Shown here: positions 1 to 8,913 of the stretch, in pieces
How positions within the stretch are numbered: position 1 is the stretch's first letter
Layout of the letters: each line of letters begins with the position of its first letter
Notes under the pieces: model-generated
Database searches by the model: none
What the model saw: only the letters and a program-made list of their open reading frames with translations
What the model was told of the DNA's origin: nothing
Assembly (NCBI GenBank): GCA_039802265.1
Contig: JBDRWI010000024.1
Coordinates: 1 to 31,093, forward strand
Source: a candidate division WOR-3 bacterium
GTDB lineage: Bacteria; Hydrothermota; Tepidihabitantia; SM23-42; JAOAFX01
Length of the DNA stretch: 31,093 nt
Direction of reading: 5' to 3'
Made by a program: the position numbers and the translations under genes

Positions 1-75
1 CCAATAAATGCAAAAAGAGATAATGTTTTGGCATTCATAAAGTCCGCAAAGGAGAAAGGATGGTATTGGGCATAG
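1..75 (+). CDS. 3' end of a gene truncated by the window edge; probably uroporphyrinogen decarboxylase / MtaA-CmuA-like methyltransferase family
   Basis: Frame 1 is open from base 1 to TAG at 73-75 and reads PINAKRDNVLAFIKSAKEKGWYWA*. This resembles the C-terminal 'P..(A/T)..ENV.A...A..E.G' segment of URO-D-fold proteins. Only 24 aa are visible; it overlaps the next start codon. Confidence 0.45.
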   Translation, partial: PINAKRDNVLAFIKSAKEKGWYWA

Positions 76-782
76 ATGTTGGTTCAATGTATACAAAGGG
101 TGTTCTATTTGATGGGCAGGTAATAAAAAAATTGGTTGTTAAAACTGCTTTTAAACCAAAACAGGCAATAAGTGAGATAAAAAATCAACTCAGTGGTTTT
201 GATAAGATTATTGCTACTGGATATGGAAGAGACTTGGTTGAAGATGCTTATAAAGTAATTACTGAGGTTTCAGCGTTTGCCCGTGGTTCAATATATTTTA
301 ATCCTGAAATTAAAACGATAATAGATATCGGTGGCCAGGATAGTAAAGTAATAAAAGTAAAAAACGGCAAGGTGATAAAATTTGTAATGAATGACCGGTG
401 TGCTGCAGGGACCGGAAATTTTATTGAAAAAATCGCCCAGTCTTTGAACTTATCCCTTTTAGAATTTGGAGAACTGGCATTGAAATCAGAAAAACCAGAG
501 ACAATAGATTCTCTCTGCGTGGTTATGGCAGAAACCGAGATCTTAAGCCTGATTCAGGAAGGTAAAAAACTTGAAGATATTATCTTTGGTGTTTGTGATT
601 CTCTAATCCGTAGAATAAATGGTATTGCTGGACAAATCGGAATAGAAGAACCATTATTATTCTGTGGTGGTGGGGCATTGAATCCAGGACTGGTTAAGGC
701 ATTGAGAAGATATTATCCGCAGACCATTGTTCCGGATGGCCCGCAGTTCGTCGGCGCAATCGGTGCAGCAATGCTTGGCTAA
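60..782 (+). CDS. ATP-dependent CoA-substrate-specific enzyme activase (HgdC / BadF-BadG-BcrA-BcrD ASKHA ATPase family)
   Basis: Motifs GIDVGS, ATGYGR, IDIGGQDSK, MNDRCAAGTG, SLCVVMAETE and GGGALN; two Cys for the inter-subunit [4Fe-4S] cluster; AAGGAG upstream. Confidence 0.92.
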   Translation: MVLGIDVGSMYTKGVLFDGQVIKKLVVKTAFKPKQAISEIKNQLSGFDKIIATGYGRDLVEDAYKVITEVSAFARGSIYFNPEIKTIIDIGGQDSKVIKVKNGKVIKFVMNDRCAAGTGNFIEKIAQSLNLSLLEFGELALKSEKPETIDSLCVVMAETEILSLIQEGKKLEDIIFGVCDSLIRRINGIAGQIGIEEPLLFCGGGALNPGLVKALRRYYPQTIVPDGPQFVGAIGAAMLG

Positions 783-785
783 ATC

Positions 786-3700
786 TTACTTCAGACCGAG
801 ATTGGGTCTTTTACCAAATTTGGGAATTTTGGGTTTGGTCTTCTTGATTAGCTTCAAGCATTCCTTTATCGCCCTCAATAACTGAGGGTCTTTTCCCCGG
901 ACGTAATCTTGGGGGGTAATCTCAACCTCAATATCCGGCTCGGTGCCATAGTTTTCAACACCCCAGCCTACATCCTTGAACCAGAATGAATACTCTGGTT
1001 GTGTGGTCAAACCTCCGTCAGAGAGTCGGTAGTAGGGTGAGATACCGATAACCCCGCCCCAGGTTCTCTTACCAATGAGCGGACCAATCTTATAAAGTTT
1101 AAAGCCGTGGCTGAAGATATCACCATCAGAGCCGGCGTATTCATTGGTCAATGCCACGATTGGTCCGAGGACCGAATCAACAGGATAGGGCTCGGGCTGC
1201 CCCCAGCGGGTAACATCATAACCAATCCTTTTACGAGCGACTTTCTCAAGAATCAACTGGGAGACATGTCCGCCCCGGTTGAAGCGAACATCAACAATCA
1301 AGCCTGGATGTTTTATTTCACTCAAAAAATACCGATGGAATTCACCAAATCCCCATGGTCCCATATCCGGAATATGCACATAGCCGATCTTATTATTACT
1401 CATAAGGTGTACAAAATTGCGGTTTTCCTCAACCCACTGTCGATAACGAACTGGTGCCTCATCAGAAAGGGTTTTTACGGATACCGTCCTTTTATTGCCA
1501 CCCCGAGCATTGGCAACGGTGATAAAGACCTCTTGATTGGCGCGGTTCACAAGTAACTCACCGGGCTGAATTTTACTATTGAGATTAACACCATTTATCG
1601 CAAGGAGGAGGTCGCCCTCTTTGATATTTGCTCCGGGTGTCAACAAAGGAGAGGATGCCTGAGGATCCCAGGAGTCTCCCTTGTATATCTTTACAATTCT
1701 ATAGGCATTGTGCCTTTTATCATAGACAAAGTCTGCACCTAATAGACCCTGTGTATATCTGGGTTCTTCGCGATAATCGCCACCCCATTCATAGGCATGG
1801 GATGTTCCGAGTTCACCCTGCATCTCCCAGATAAGATCTGAGAATTCAGAGCGCGTGCCAATTCGATCAAGGAGGGGTAGATACTTCTTATACACTCCTT
1901 TCCAGTCTACACCTGACATATTGGGGGTCCAGAAGTGGTCGCGCTGTAAACGCCAGGCATCCTGATACATCTGTCGCCATTCGTTTGTTGGTTCCACGAG
2001 CACCTTTATCCTTGAAAGGTCAACCCAGCCGCTCTTTGGACCTGGCGGTTCTTTAGAAAGTTTCTGGTCAACCTTTTCAACTGGTTTTATAATTCTTAAT
2101 CGATCTTTAGCGCGGTAGATGAGCACTCCTTTATTCATGCTGACCTTGAAGTCGGATATTCCTGAGACAATAACCCCTTCTTTCTGGTCTTTGAAGTCAT
2201 AAAATCCCAATGTGCCATCTGAAGGAAGTTCATCAGAAAACCATTGTTCCTTCCCTCCTTTTAAGGGAAATGTAGTATAGAGCATCTTATCCTTTATTCC
2301 CCGGACTTGAGAATAATTTCCCGGAGGCAAGGGGAAAGAAAATATCCGGTCAGTTATTCCATCAAGGTCAATTTTTATCTTTTTAGGGACCTTCTTTTGT
2401 TTGACCTTTTCTTCCATATCCGGCATTTCTGTTTCCAGGACCGGAGGTAGGGATTTTGTATATTTGAATGGTTCTGGTAAATCCTTTCTTAAGAGAATTA
2501 GATAGGGTCTTATATGGGCAGGAAAACTCAGTTCAAACTGCACCGTGTCATAGACCGGATCAAAATACCTGGTGGAGAGAAAATAGAGATATTTACCATC
2601 GGGGTCAAAACTTGGTGAAAAGTCATATCGCACACTCTGTGTGGCATAGTAGCTTTTCTTATTTGGGACATTTACCAGTTTTATACAGGAAGTTCTTTCA
2701 GAATCGGCAAAACTATAGGCAAGCCAGTTACCATCCGGGGACCAGGTGATATCAGCAATTCGGCGAAATTTGCTGCGGTCAAGGATGATACGTTTCTTCT
2801 TCTTTAAATCCACACAGATTAATTCATTCCGATGGTTAGTTAAGGCAACAAGCGGCTCTTTAGGAGAGGGTTCAAGTTCAATTGGTCTGCCTATATCTAA
2901 AAGTGGCAGATCCGTGACTACCTTATTGTCCAGATTGTGAATCTGTAATGAATCTTCACCCTTCTCGTCGGTCACCACTACGAGTCTTTTTCCATCATAT
3001 AAGAATCTTCCCAGACGATAGCGGGCATTCTTCTTTGACCCGTTCTGCATCACCGGTCCTTCCCAGTTGGGCATTGAAAATACCTTTCCCCGGGTTGTAA
3101 TACAGACCTGGGCTCCTTCAGGATGGATTGAATAGTCTTCAAGATATTTATCTGCCTTGACAAATTTGCGCTGGGTTTGAACCCTTGGACTTCGATAATC
3201 AATATTAATCTTTTCCGTCCGATTTGATTCGGGATACAAGACAAATATATCCCCACCCGCATGGTAGACGATATTTACACCATCAGTCTTGGCATTACGC
3301 ACATAGAAGTCTTTATGAAAGGTATGCCTTTTGATGTCCTTTCCATCAATTGTGCAGGAGTAAATGTTGCCAATCCCTTCATGGTCCGAGATAAAAAATA
3401 TCCTATCACCGATCCACATCGGGTCCGCAAGATTCCCTTTGATATTGAGAAGTTTCCTGAATCTCCCTTTTTCCTCAGGGTCAATCCATATTTCACCAAC
3501 TGTTCCACCGCGATATCTCTTCCACCTTGCCGGGTCTGATGTATTTCTGCCAATTACCACACCCTTATTTGGACCATAAGAGATAGCCCGGGTTGGGCCA
3601 ACCGGAATCATTTTTGGTATATCCTTATCTTTATCAACTGTATAACCGAACATCATTCCGGGATACCACTGGCCCGTATCACTGACAAAGATAATTCTCT

Positions 3701-3989
3701 TCCCATCACGGGTCCAGCCACGGACTATGGTGTTGGCACCTAAAAAGGTAAGCCGTTTCGCAGTGCCACCTTTTATGGATATACAATAAACTTCATTATT
3801 GCCCTCTTCTCTACCGGTAAATGCTACATATTCACCATTTGGAGAAATAGCGCAATGGCTAATTCTCCCCAGATTTGATGTCAGACGCTGAGCAATGCCA
3901 CCCTTTATTGAGACAAGCCACAGGTCATCCTCACATACAAATACAATTGTCTCTTTATTGATACTTGGAAATCTATAATATCCCTGCAT
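786..3989 (-). CDS. Tricorn protease (peptidase S41B; beta-propellers, PDZ, catalytic domain)
   Basis: PD40/WD-like repeats, WKRYRGG, GELGTSHAY (catalytic His), GYVHIPDM, DVRFNRGG, GSDGDIF (catalytic Ser), GKRTWGGVIGI, VENYGTEPDIEV; no signal peptide; AAGGAG upstream. Confidence 0.96.
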   Translation of the reverse strand: MQGYYRFPSINKETIVFVCEDDLWLVSIKGGIAQRLTSNLGRISHCAISPNGEYVAFTGREEGNNEVYCISIKGGTAKRLTFLGANTIVRGWTRDGKRIIFVSDTGQWYPGMMFGYTVDKDKDIPKMIPVGPTRAISYGPNKGVVIGRNTSDPARWKRYRGGTVGEIWIDPEEKGRFRKLLNIKGNLADPMWIGDRIFFISDHEGIGNIYSCTIDGKDIKRHTFHKDFYVRNAKTDGVNIVYHAGGDIFVLYPESNRTEKINIDYRSPRVQTQRKFVKADKYLEDYSIHPEGAQVCITTRGKVFSMPNWEGPVMQNGSKKNARYRLGRFLYDGKRLVVVTDEKGEDSLQIHNLDNKVVTDLPLLDIGRPIELEPSPKEPLVALTNHRNELICVDLKKKKRIILDRSKFRRIADITWSPDGNWLAYSFADSERTSCIKLVNVPNKKSYYATQSVRYDFSPSFDPDGKYLYFLSTRYFDPVYDTVQFELSFPAHIRPYLILLRKDLPEPFKYTKSLPPVLETEMPDMEEKVKQKKVPKKIKIDLDGITDRIFSFPLPPGNYSQVRGIKDKMLYTTFPLKGGKEQWFSDELPSDGTLGFYDFKDQKEGVIVSGISDFKVSMNKGVLIYRAKDRLRIIKPVEKVDQKLSKEPPGPKSGWVDLSRIKVLVEPTNEWRQMYQDAWRLQRDHFWTPNMSGVDWKGVYKKYLPLLDRIGTRSEFSDLIWEMQGELGTSHAYEWGGDYREEPRYTQGLLGADFVYDKRHNAYRIVKIYKGDSWDPQASSPLLTPGANIKEGDLLLAINGVNLNSKIQPGELLVNRANQEVFITVANARGGNKRTVSVKTLSDEAPVRYRQWVEENRNFVHLMSNNKIGYVHIPDMGPWGFGEFHRYFLSEIKHPGLIVDVRFNRGGHVSQLILEKVARKRIGYDVTRWGQPEPYPVDSVLGPIVALTNEYAGSDGDIFSHGFKLYKIGPLIGKRTWGGVIGISPYYRLSDGGLTTQPEYSFWFKDVGWGVENYGTEPDIEVEITPQDYVRGKDPQLLRAIKECLKLIKKTKPKIPKFGKRPNLGLK

Positions 3990-4072
3990 ATTTCTCCTTT
4001 TTATCTAACAGTTTACAGGCTGTATCCAATTCATAAATTCGCTAATTTATATCAATTTGACCCCAGTGATTT

Positions 4073-4119
4073 ACATTTTGCACCCGTCTGCCAAAGCAAA
4101 GTGGCGGACAGGTAAATGT
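4073..4119. repeat. Imperfect inverted repeat (REP-like hairpin) in the predicted tricorn 5' leader
   Basis: acccgtctgcca (4082-4093) pairs with tggcggacaggt (4102-4113), flanked by acattt (4073-4078) and aaatgt (4114-4119). Confidence 0.6.
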
Positions 4120-4151
4120 GATCGTTATTTTGCCATTTATCTTTATAATGA

Positions 4152-4179
4152 ATTATATCCATCCCGATGATAAAGTCAA
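4152..4179 (-). promoter_or_regulatory. Putative sigma70 promoter for tricorn protease
   Basis: Minus strand TTGACT (4179-4174), 16 nt, TATAAT (4157-4152). Confidence 0.65.
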
Positions 4180-4382
4180 GCAAACAATAATTAGCTGAAT
4201 AATTGTTTTTACTAAATATTAATTCTTGCAGGGACAATTGCCCATCGCAATCCAATACTTCAAGATATTCAGAGGCAGGCGATAAGAGATTGGTCTTGAC
4301 ATAAGATAATACTTTGAAAACTGATTCTTGGGAAAGTGGTTAGCCGCCTGTTCCTGTTTTATTGTCCATCAAATTATGTTAT

Positions 4383-4603
4383 CCCTGAAATGAATTCAGG
4401 GCAGGCTCTTTATCTCCTTCTATCAAGAGAGGGGATAAATTTAGAAAAAAACTTAAGAGGCCGTATCATAATGTCATTGCTTCGCCATCAAGCAGAATGG
4501 CAGGCTAAGCAATCTCAAGACAAGTCCGGAACAGGCTTTGCAATTTCATCTTTGCTAATGGCTAATTAATGAGATTGCCACGCACCTTCGGGTGCTCGCA
4601 ATG
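4383..4603. repeat. Cluster of palindromic REP/RPE-like elements
   Basis: ccctgaa/ttcaggg (4383-4401); tttatctcc/ggggataaa (4409-4439); branched element with cattgc 4475-4480 / gcaatg 4598-4603, gccat/atggc 4484-4501, gcaatctca 4509-4517 / tgagattgc 4570-4578 and gcacc-TTCG-ggtgc 4582-4595. Confidence 0.7.
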
Positions 4604-4661
4604 GGAGTAGAGGATTGCAACAGAGCCTCTCAATTTTTGTCTTTTCTTAAGGAGGTATGTT

Positions 4662-5912
4662 ATGCTCAAAAACCGTTTCAGTCGTTTGGTGATAATTGCT
4701 GGTTTTATTTTAGCCCCAGCAATGCTTTGTGCGCAGGCATTTCCAATTGCAGTAGGACCGGATACCACCTTTAGTGTCAGCGCGGTTTACGGCGGACCAA
4801 ATGGCATAGTTGCGATAATGGGCGATACAAGTAGTCAATATAGTATAACTGCCCAGCTGGTCAAACCACCGGACGGTCTAATAGGAAATAGAATCTCTGT
4901 TGGTAGGCAGGGTTTTTACCCAGTTGTGGCATCCGATATGACCAACTATCTTTTGATTTGGGAAGAATTCAATTATAATCTCAATGGGCAATTCATAAGT
5001 ACTCCAGGTAATCTCGTTGGTTCTGTTTTTACCATTGCTACAAATCTGTCATCTGATTTTGGACCCGGCCGTTATTCTTTATGTTTTGGTGACACTGCTT
5101 ATCTTGCGATATTTGTAAGAACTGATACATTTTTATATGGACAAAGAATAAGTAAAAGCGGAAGTCTCATTGGCAGTCAGATACAGATTAGCAACAATAA
5201 GGCACGAGAGAATGCAATTGCCTTTGATGGAAACAGATACCTACTATGTCAGCACGAAGCGACAAATGAGTCGTCACCGTGGTGGCTTGTTGGCAGGTTT
5301 ATCACGACATCTGGAGTAGTTGAGCAGAGAATAACTATCTGTGATTCAACAAAGTATCCCTTTATACCGGGTGTTGCTTTTGATGGCAATAACTACCTGA
5401 TAACCTGGACACAGATTTATGACCGGAGGCTTATGGGTAGATATTGGACCCCACCCGGCGTGCCGGTTGGAGATCCATTTGTAGTATTTGACTCAATAGA
5501 TAGCAAAATTCCTGCTGGTGGATGTGGATTTGGTGGTAATTACTTTTTGGTTGTTGGCACCAGGATTAATGAATATTTTACTGATGGTGATGTCTACGGA
5601 AGGTTTTATCCACAAACAGGGGTTGAAGAAAAAAACAATCTGACATCCGAAAACTCTGTTTTGTTCCAGAACTATCCCAAGCCTTTCAGTCAGACTACGA
5701 AAATCAGTTATCACTGCCCTGAGCCTGCGAGAGTTATGACAGAGGTCTATAATATTGCCGGACAAGAAGTGTTAACCCTGGCGGATAAAAACGAATCTGC
5801 GGGTGAACATTCAGTCATCTGGGATGCCCATGCACTAAGCAGTGGTGTGTATTTCTTCCGAATAAATATCAATGGCAATGTTCTTACCAGAAGGGGGCTA
5901 CTGGTTAAGTAA
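4662..5912 (+). CDS. Secreted repeat (beta-propeller-like) protein with Por/T9SS type A-like (FlgD-Ig-like) C-terminal domain
   Basis: Signal peptide (MLKNRFSRLVIIAGFILAPAMLCA-Q); about six repeats of 'AFDG.NYL..W...G.F....G..VG'; C-terminus QNYPKPF...VYNIAGQEV...WD...LSSGVYF...LVK; AAGGAGG upstream. Confidence 0.8.
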   Translation: MLKNRFSRLVIIAGFILAPAMLCAQAFPIAVGPDTTFSVSAVYGGPNGIVAIMGDTSSQYSITAQLVKPPDGLIGNRISVGRQGFYPVVASDMTNYLLIWEEFNYNLNGQFISTPGNLVGSVFTIATNLSSDFGPGRYSLCFGDTAYLAIFVRTDTFLYGQRISKSGSLIGSQIQISNNKARENAIAFDGNRYLLCQHEATNESSPWWLVGRFITTSGVVEQRITICDSTKYPFIPGVAFDGNNYLITWTQIYDRRLMGRYWTPPGVPVGDPFVVFDSIDSKIPAGGCGFGGNYFLVVGTRINEYFTDGDVYGRFYPQTGVEEKNNLTSENSVLFQNYPKPFSQTTKISYHCPEPARVMTEVYNIAGQEVLTLADKNESAGEHSVIWDAHALSSGVYFFRININGNVLTRRGLLVK

Positions 5913-5954
5913 ATCGCATTATTACAAATTACTGTCAGATTTATTCACCCATTT

Positions 5955-5983
5955 GACCATTCGGCGATGCCCGAATGTCTTTT
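5955..5983 (+). terminator. Possible intrinsic terminator after the secreted protein gene
   Basis: Stem cattcgg (5958-5964) / ccgaatg (5971-5977) followed by tctttt, between convergent genes. Confidence 0.4.
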
Positions 5984-6077
5984 GGTAATATTAAATAGAA
6001 ATTTTAAAAATTTCTACACAATAATAAGGCAATTCAGTTTTAGAGGGAATTATATATAGCAAAGCAAGCAAACAAGG

Positions 6078-7013
6078 TTATTTAGCAATCCTTGTGCCCG
6101 CATTACCCAGTACCGCATCTTTTGCCTTATCAAGGGATGTGATAATGACCTCTTCACCACCGTTTTTTAAAAAATGGATTGCGGCCTCAATCTTTGGTCC
6201 CATACTGCCTGGTGGAAAGTGTCCCTCTTTCAGGTATTGCTCTGCCTCTTTTAATGCTAATCTCGCTAATTTTACTTGATTGGGTTTGCCATAATTTAAA
6301 TAGACATTTTCTACACCGGTAAGGATAATAAATGTTCGGGCGCCAATCTCGCAGGCAAGGACTGCGGAGGCACGGTCTTTATCAATTACTCCATCAACAC
6401 CTTCAAATGTACCATCAATCTCTATGTAAACAGGAATCCCACCACCACCTGCAGCAATGACTATTACCCCCTGGTCAACCAGTTGCCTGATTATCCGACT
6501 GTTCACAATCTTGACTGGAATAGGAGAGGGAACGACCCGACGATACCCCTTTCCCGAATCCTCTTTTATTACCCAATTGAACAATTGGGCAAGGGTCTTA
6601 GCCTGTTTTTCATTATAATATGGTCCGATAAACTTTGTCGGATTGATTATTGATGGGTCATCAGGGTCAACAATGACCTGGGTAACAATCGTTACCACAT
6701 CCCTTTCAATGCCTAACTTTTTTAATTTATTCTGCAAACTTTGTTCAATCATATAACCCATGCTACCTTCGGTATCAGCAACGATTACACCAAGGGGTAA
6801 GGCGGGTATCTCCTGGGCAGTTCTTTCTACCCTCAATAGGGCATTCCCAACCTGTGGTCCATTGCCATGGGTGATGGCAAGGTTATAACCTTCTTTGATC
6901 AACTCAACTATTCCCTCCAGACTCTTTCTTGTGTTGGCAAATTGGATATGGATGTCCTCTTTACCGGTGGTAGAGATGGCATTGCCACCCAATGCGACTA
7001 CGGCTTTTTTCAC
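6078..7013 (-). CDS. arcC: Carbamate kinase
   Basis: VVALGGNA, THGNGPQVG, PTKFIGP, YRRVVPSP, AGGGGIPV, VIDKD, GSMGPKIEAA. Start placed at GTG 7013 because the ORF-track TTG at 7019 overlaps the -10 box. Confidence 0.96.
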   Translation of the reverse strand: MKKAVVALGGNAISTTGKEDIHIQFANTRKSLEGIVELIKEGYNLAITHGNGPQVGNALLRVERTAQEIPALPLGVIVADTEGSMGYMIEQSLQNKLKKLGIERDVVTIVTQVIVDPDDPSIINPTKFIGPYYNEKQAKTLAQLFNWVIKEDSGKGYRRVVPSPIPVKIVNSRIIRQLVDQGVIVIAAGGGGIPVYIEIDGTFEGVDGVIDKDRASAVLACEIGARTFIILTGVENVYLNYGKPNQVKLARLALKEAEQYLKEGHFPPGSMGPKIEAAIHFLKNGGEEVIITSLDKAKDAVLGNAGTRIAK

Positions 7014-7018
7014 ATTCA

Positions 7019-7046
7019 ATTATATATATTCTTCTCGTTGTGTCAA
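7019..7046 (-). promoter_or_regulatory. Putative sigma70 promoter for arcC (likely leaderless transcript)
   Basis: Minus strand TTGACA (7046-7041), 16 nt, TATAAT (7024-7019); GTG start 5 nt later. Confidence 0.7.
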
Positions 7047-7102
7047 GGTGAAAAATCTGTTTAAAACTCTTTGAATTTGCCAATATGTCCTAAACATTAT
7101 AG

Positions 7103-7130
7103 TTGACTTTTGAATAAAAAAGTGTAAACT
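7103..7130 (+). promoter_or_regulatory. Putative sigma70 promoter for ino1-tmk-ctpA
   Basis: TTGACT (7103-7108), 16 nt, TAAACT (7125-7130); SD AGGAGG at 7141-7146. Confidence 0.6.
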
Positions 7131-7150
7131 TGTCTGGTTAAGGAGGCTTA

Positions 7151-8257
7151 ATGGCTAAAATTAGGGTGGCTATTATTGGAGTCGGCAATTGCGCATCAAG
7201 CCTGGTTCAAGGGGTTTATTATTATAGGAATGCAAAAGAGGATGAATTCATTCCCGGGATTATGCATACCAGGCTCGGTGGCTATCATATAAGTGATATT
7301 GAATTCTCCTTAGGAATTGATATTGACAAAAATAAGGTAGGTAAAGACCTGGGTGAGGCAATTTATACAAAGCCCAATAATACCTACAAATTCTGTTCAG
7401 TTCCCAAATTAAATGTGCCGGTCGTCCGCGGGATGACCCACGATGGACTGGGTTATTATCTCTCTCAGATTATTGAAAAGGCACCCGGGCCAACTGCGGA
7501 TATTGTTGGTTTATTAAAAGAGACAAAGACCGATGTCGTCGTCAATTTTCTGCCGGTGGGAAGTGAAGAGGCGACAAAATGGTATGTTGAACAGGTTCTT
7601 ACCGCTGGATGTGCATTCGTAAATTGTATTCCGGTATTCATTGCCAGCCAGAAATACTGGCAGAGACGGTTTGTTGAAAAAGGACTGCCGGTCTTAGGGG
7701 ATGATATAAAATCTCAGGTGGGTGCCACGATTGTTCACCGGGTTCTTGTAAATCTATTCAATGATCGGGGAGTAAAATTAGAGCGCACATCGCAGTTAAA
7801 TGTCGGTGGAAATACCGATTTCTTAAATATGCTTGAACGTTCAAGGCTCCAGTCAAAGAAGATCTCCAAAACCCAGGCAGTTACTTCTCTTTTGAAATAT
7901 AACATAGGAGACGAAAACATCTATATTGGTCCTTCTGACTATATCGCCTGGCTTACCGATAGAAAATGGGCATATATGAGGCTTGAAGGAAGAACCTTTG
8001 GTGATGTGCCGTTGAATATTGAATTAAAACTTGAGGTCTGGGATTCACCAAATTCTGCAGGTGTTGTGATTGATGCTATAAGGTGTGCAAAACTTGCACT
8101 TGATAATAAACTGAGTGGAGCAATAATTGAGCCTTCCAGTTATTTCTTCAAGTCTCCACCGGTTCAGTATCCAGACCATATCTGCCGGGAGAAGACCGAA
8201 AGTTTTATCAAGAAATACGGAAGTAAGTCAACGAAAGTCAACAGGAGAAAGAAATAA
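7151..8257 (+). CDS. ino1: myo-inositol-1-phosphate synthase (inositol-3-phosphate synthase)
   Basis: [60 protein letters not shown]. Confidence 0.96.
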   Translation: MAKIRVAIIGVGNCASSLVQGVYYYRNAKEDEFIPGIMHTRLGGYHISDIEFSLGIDIDKNKVGKDLGEAIYTKPNNTYKFCSVPKLNVPVVRGMTHDGLGYYLSQIIEKAPGPTADIVGLLKETKTDVVVNFLPVGSEEATKWYVEQVLTAGCAFVNCIPVFIASQKYWQRRFVEKGLPVLGDDIKSQVGATIVHRVLVNLFNDRGVKLERTSQLNVGGNTDFLNMLERSRLQSKKISKTQAVTSLLKYNIGDENIYIGPSDYIAWLTDRKWAYMRLEGRTFGDVPLNIELKLEVWDSPNSAGVVIDAIRCAKLALDNKLSGAIIEPSSYFFKSPPVQYPDHICREKTESFIKKYGSKSTKVNRRKK

Positions 8258-8274
8258 ACCATTAGCGAGGTGGA

Positions 8275-8913
8275 TTGAAACGCGGTTTATTAATTACCTT
8301 TGAAGGAGTTGAAGGTTCGGGTAAGACTACCCAGGCAGAACTTCTTGCCCGCTGGTGTGCGGAGATGGAAATTCCTTATCTATTTGTGCGAGAACCAGGT
8401 GGAACACCCGTAAGTGAGAAGATAAGGGAAATTTTGTTATCAAAAGAAAATAATATCCATCCTAAATGTGAGGTCTTACTTTTCCTTGCTTCACGCAGCC
8501 AGCTTGTCTATGAAAAGATTCTTGATGCGCTAAAAGAGAAGAAGGTTGTTATTGCCGACCGCTTCAGTGATTCAACCTTTGCCTATCAGGTATATGCCCG
8601 GGGACTACCAGAGCGGCTGATTTCTATATTCAATCGTTTTGCCAGTGCCGGATTAAAACCGGACCTGACATTTTTAGTTGATATTGATATTTCAAAAGGC
8701 AGGGAAAGGGGGAAGTTTTCTGACCGGATGGAGACCCAGAATGAACTATACCATCAAAAGGTTCGGGAAGGTTATCTCAAACTGGCGCGCCGGGCAAAAA
8801 AGAGGTTCAAGTTGTTAAATGGCGAAAAATCGGTTCAGGAATTACATGCTGAGGTAATCAATTATGTAAAGGATTTGTTTAGCAGAAAGGGGTGGCATTA
8901 TGAGAAAAAATAA
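8275..8913 (+). CDS. tmk: Thymidylate kinase
   Basis: FEGVEGSGKTTQ P-loop, REPGGT, DRFSDSTFAYQ, PDLTFLVD. Confidence 0.96.
   Translation: MKRGLLITFEGVEGSGKTTQAELLARWCAEMEIPYLFVREPGGTPVSEKIREILLSKENNIHPKCEVLLFLASRSQLVYEKILDALKEKKVVIADRFSDSTFAYQVYARGLPERLISIFNRFASAGLKPDLTFLVDIDISKGRERGKFSDRMETQNELYHQKVREGYLKLARRAKKRFKLLNGEKSVQELHAEVINYVKDLFSRKGWHYEKK

Noticed and set aside
1107..3579. Several 60-150 aa ORFs antisense to or inside tricorn, and similar ones inside arcC, ino1, ctpA, purL, accC, pilT, the cyclase, rpoN and the FG-GAP gene
   Set aside because: Shadow ORFs fully overlapping well-supported genes, with no recognisable motifs
4052..4774. Short ORFs 4052-4255, 4336-4569, 4562-4768 and 4592-4774
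   Set aside because: They run through promoter and palindromic repeat DNA or overlap the 4662 gene; the peptides are typical repeat translations
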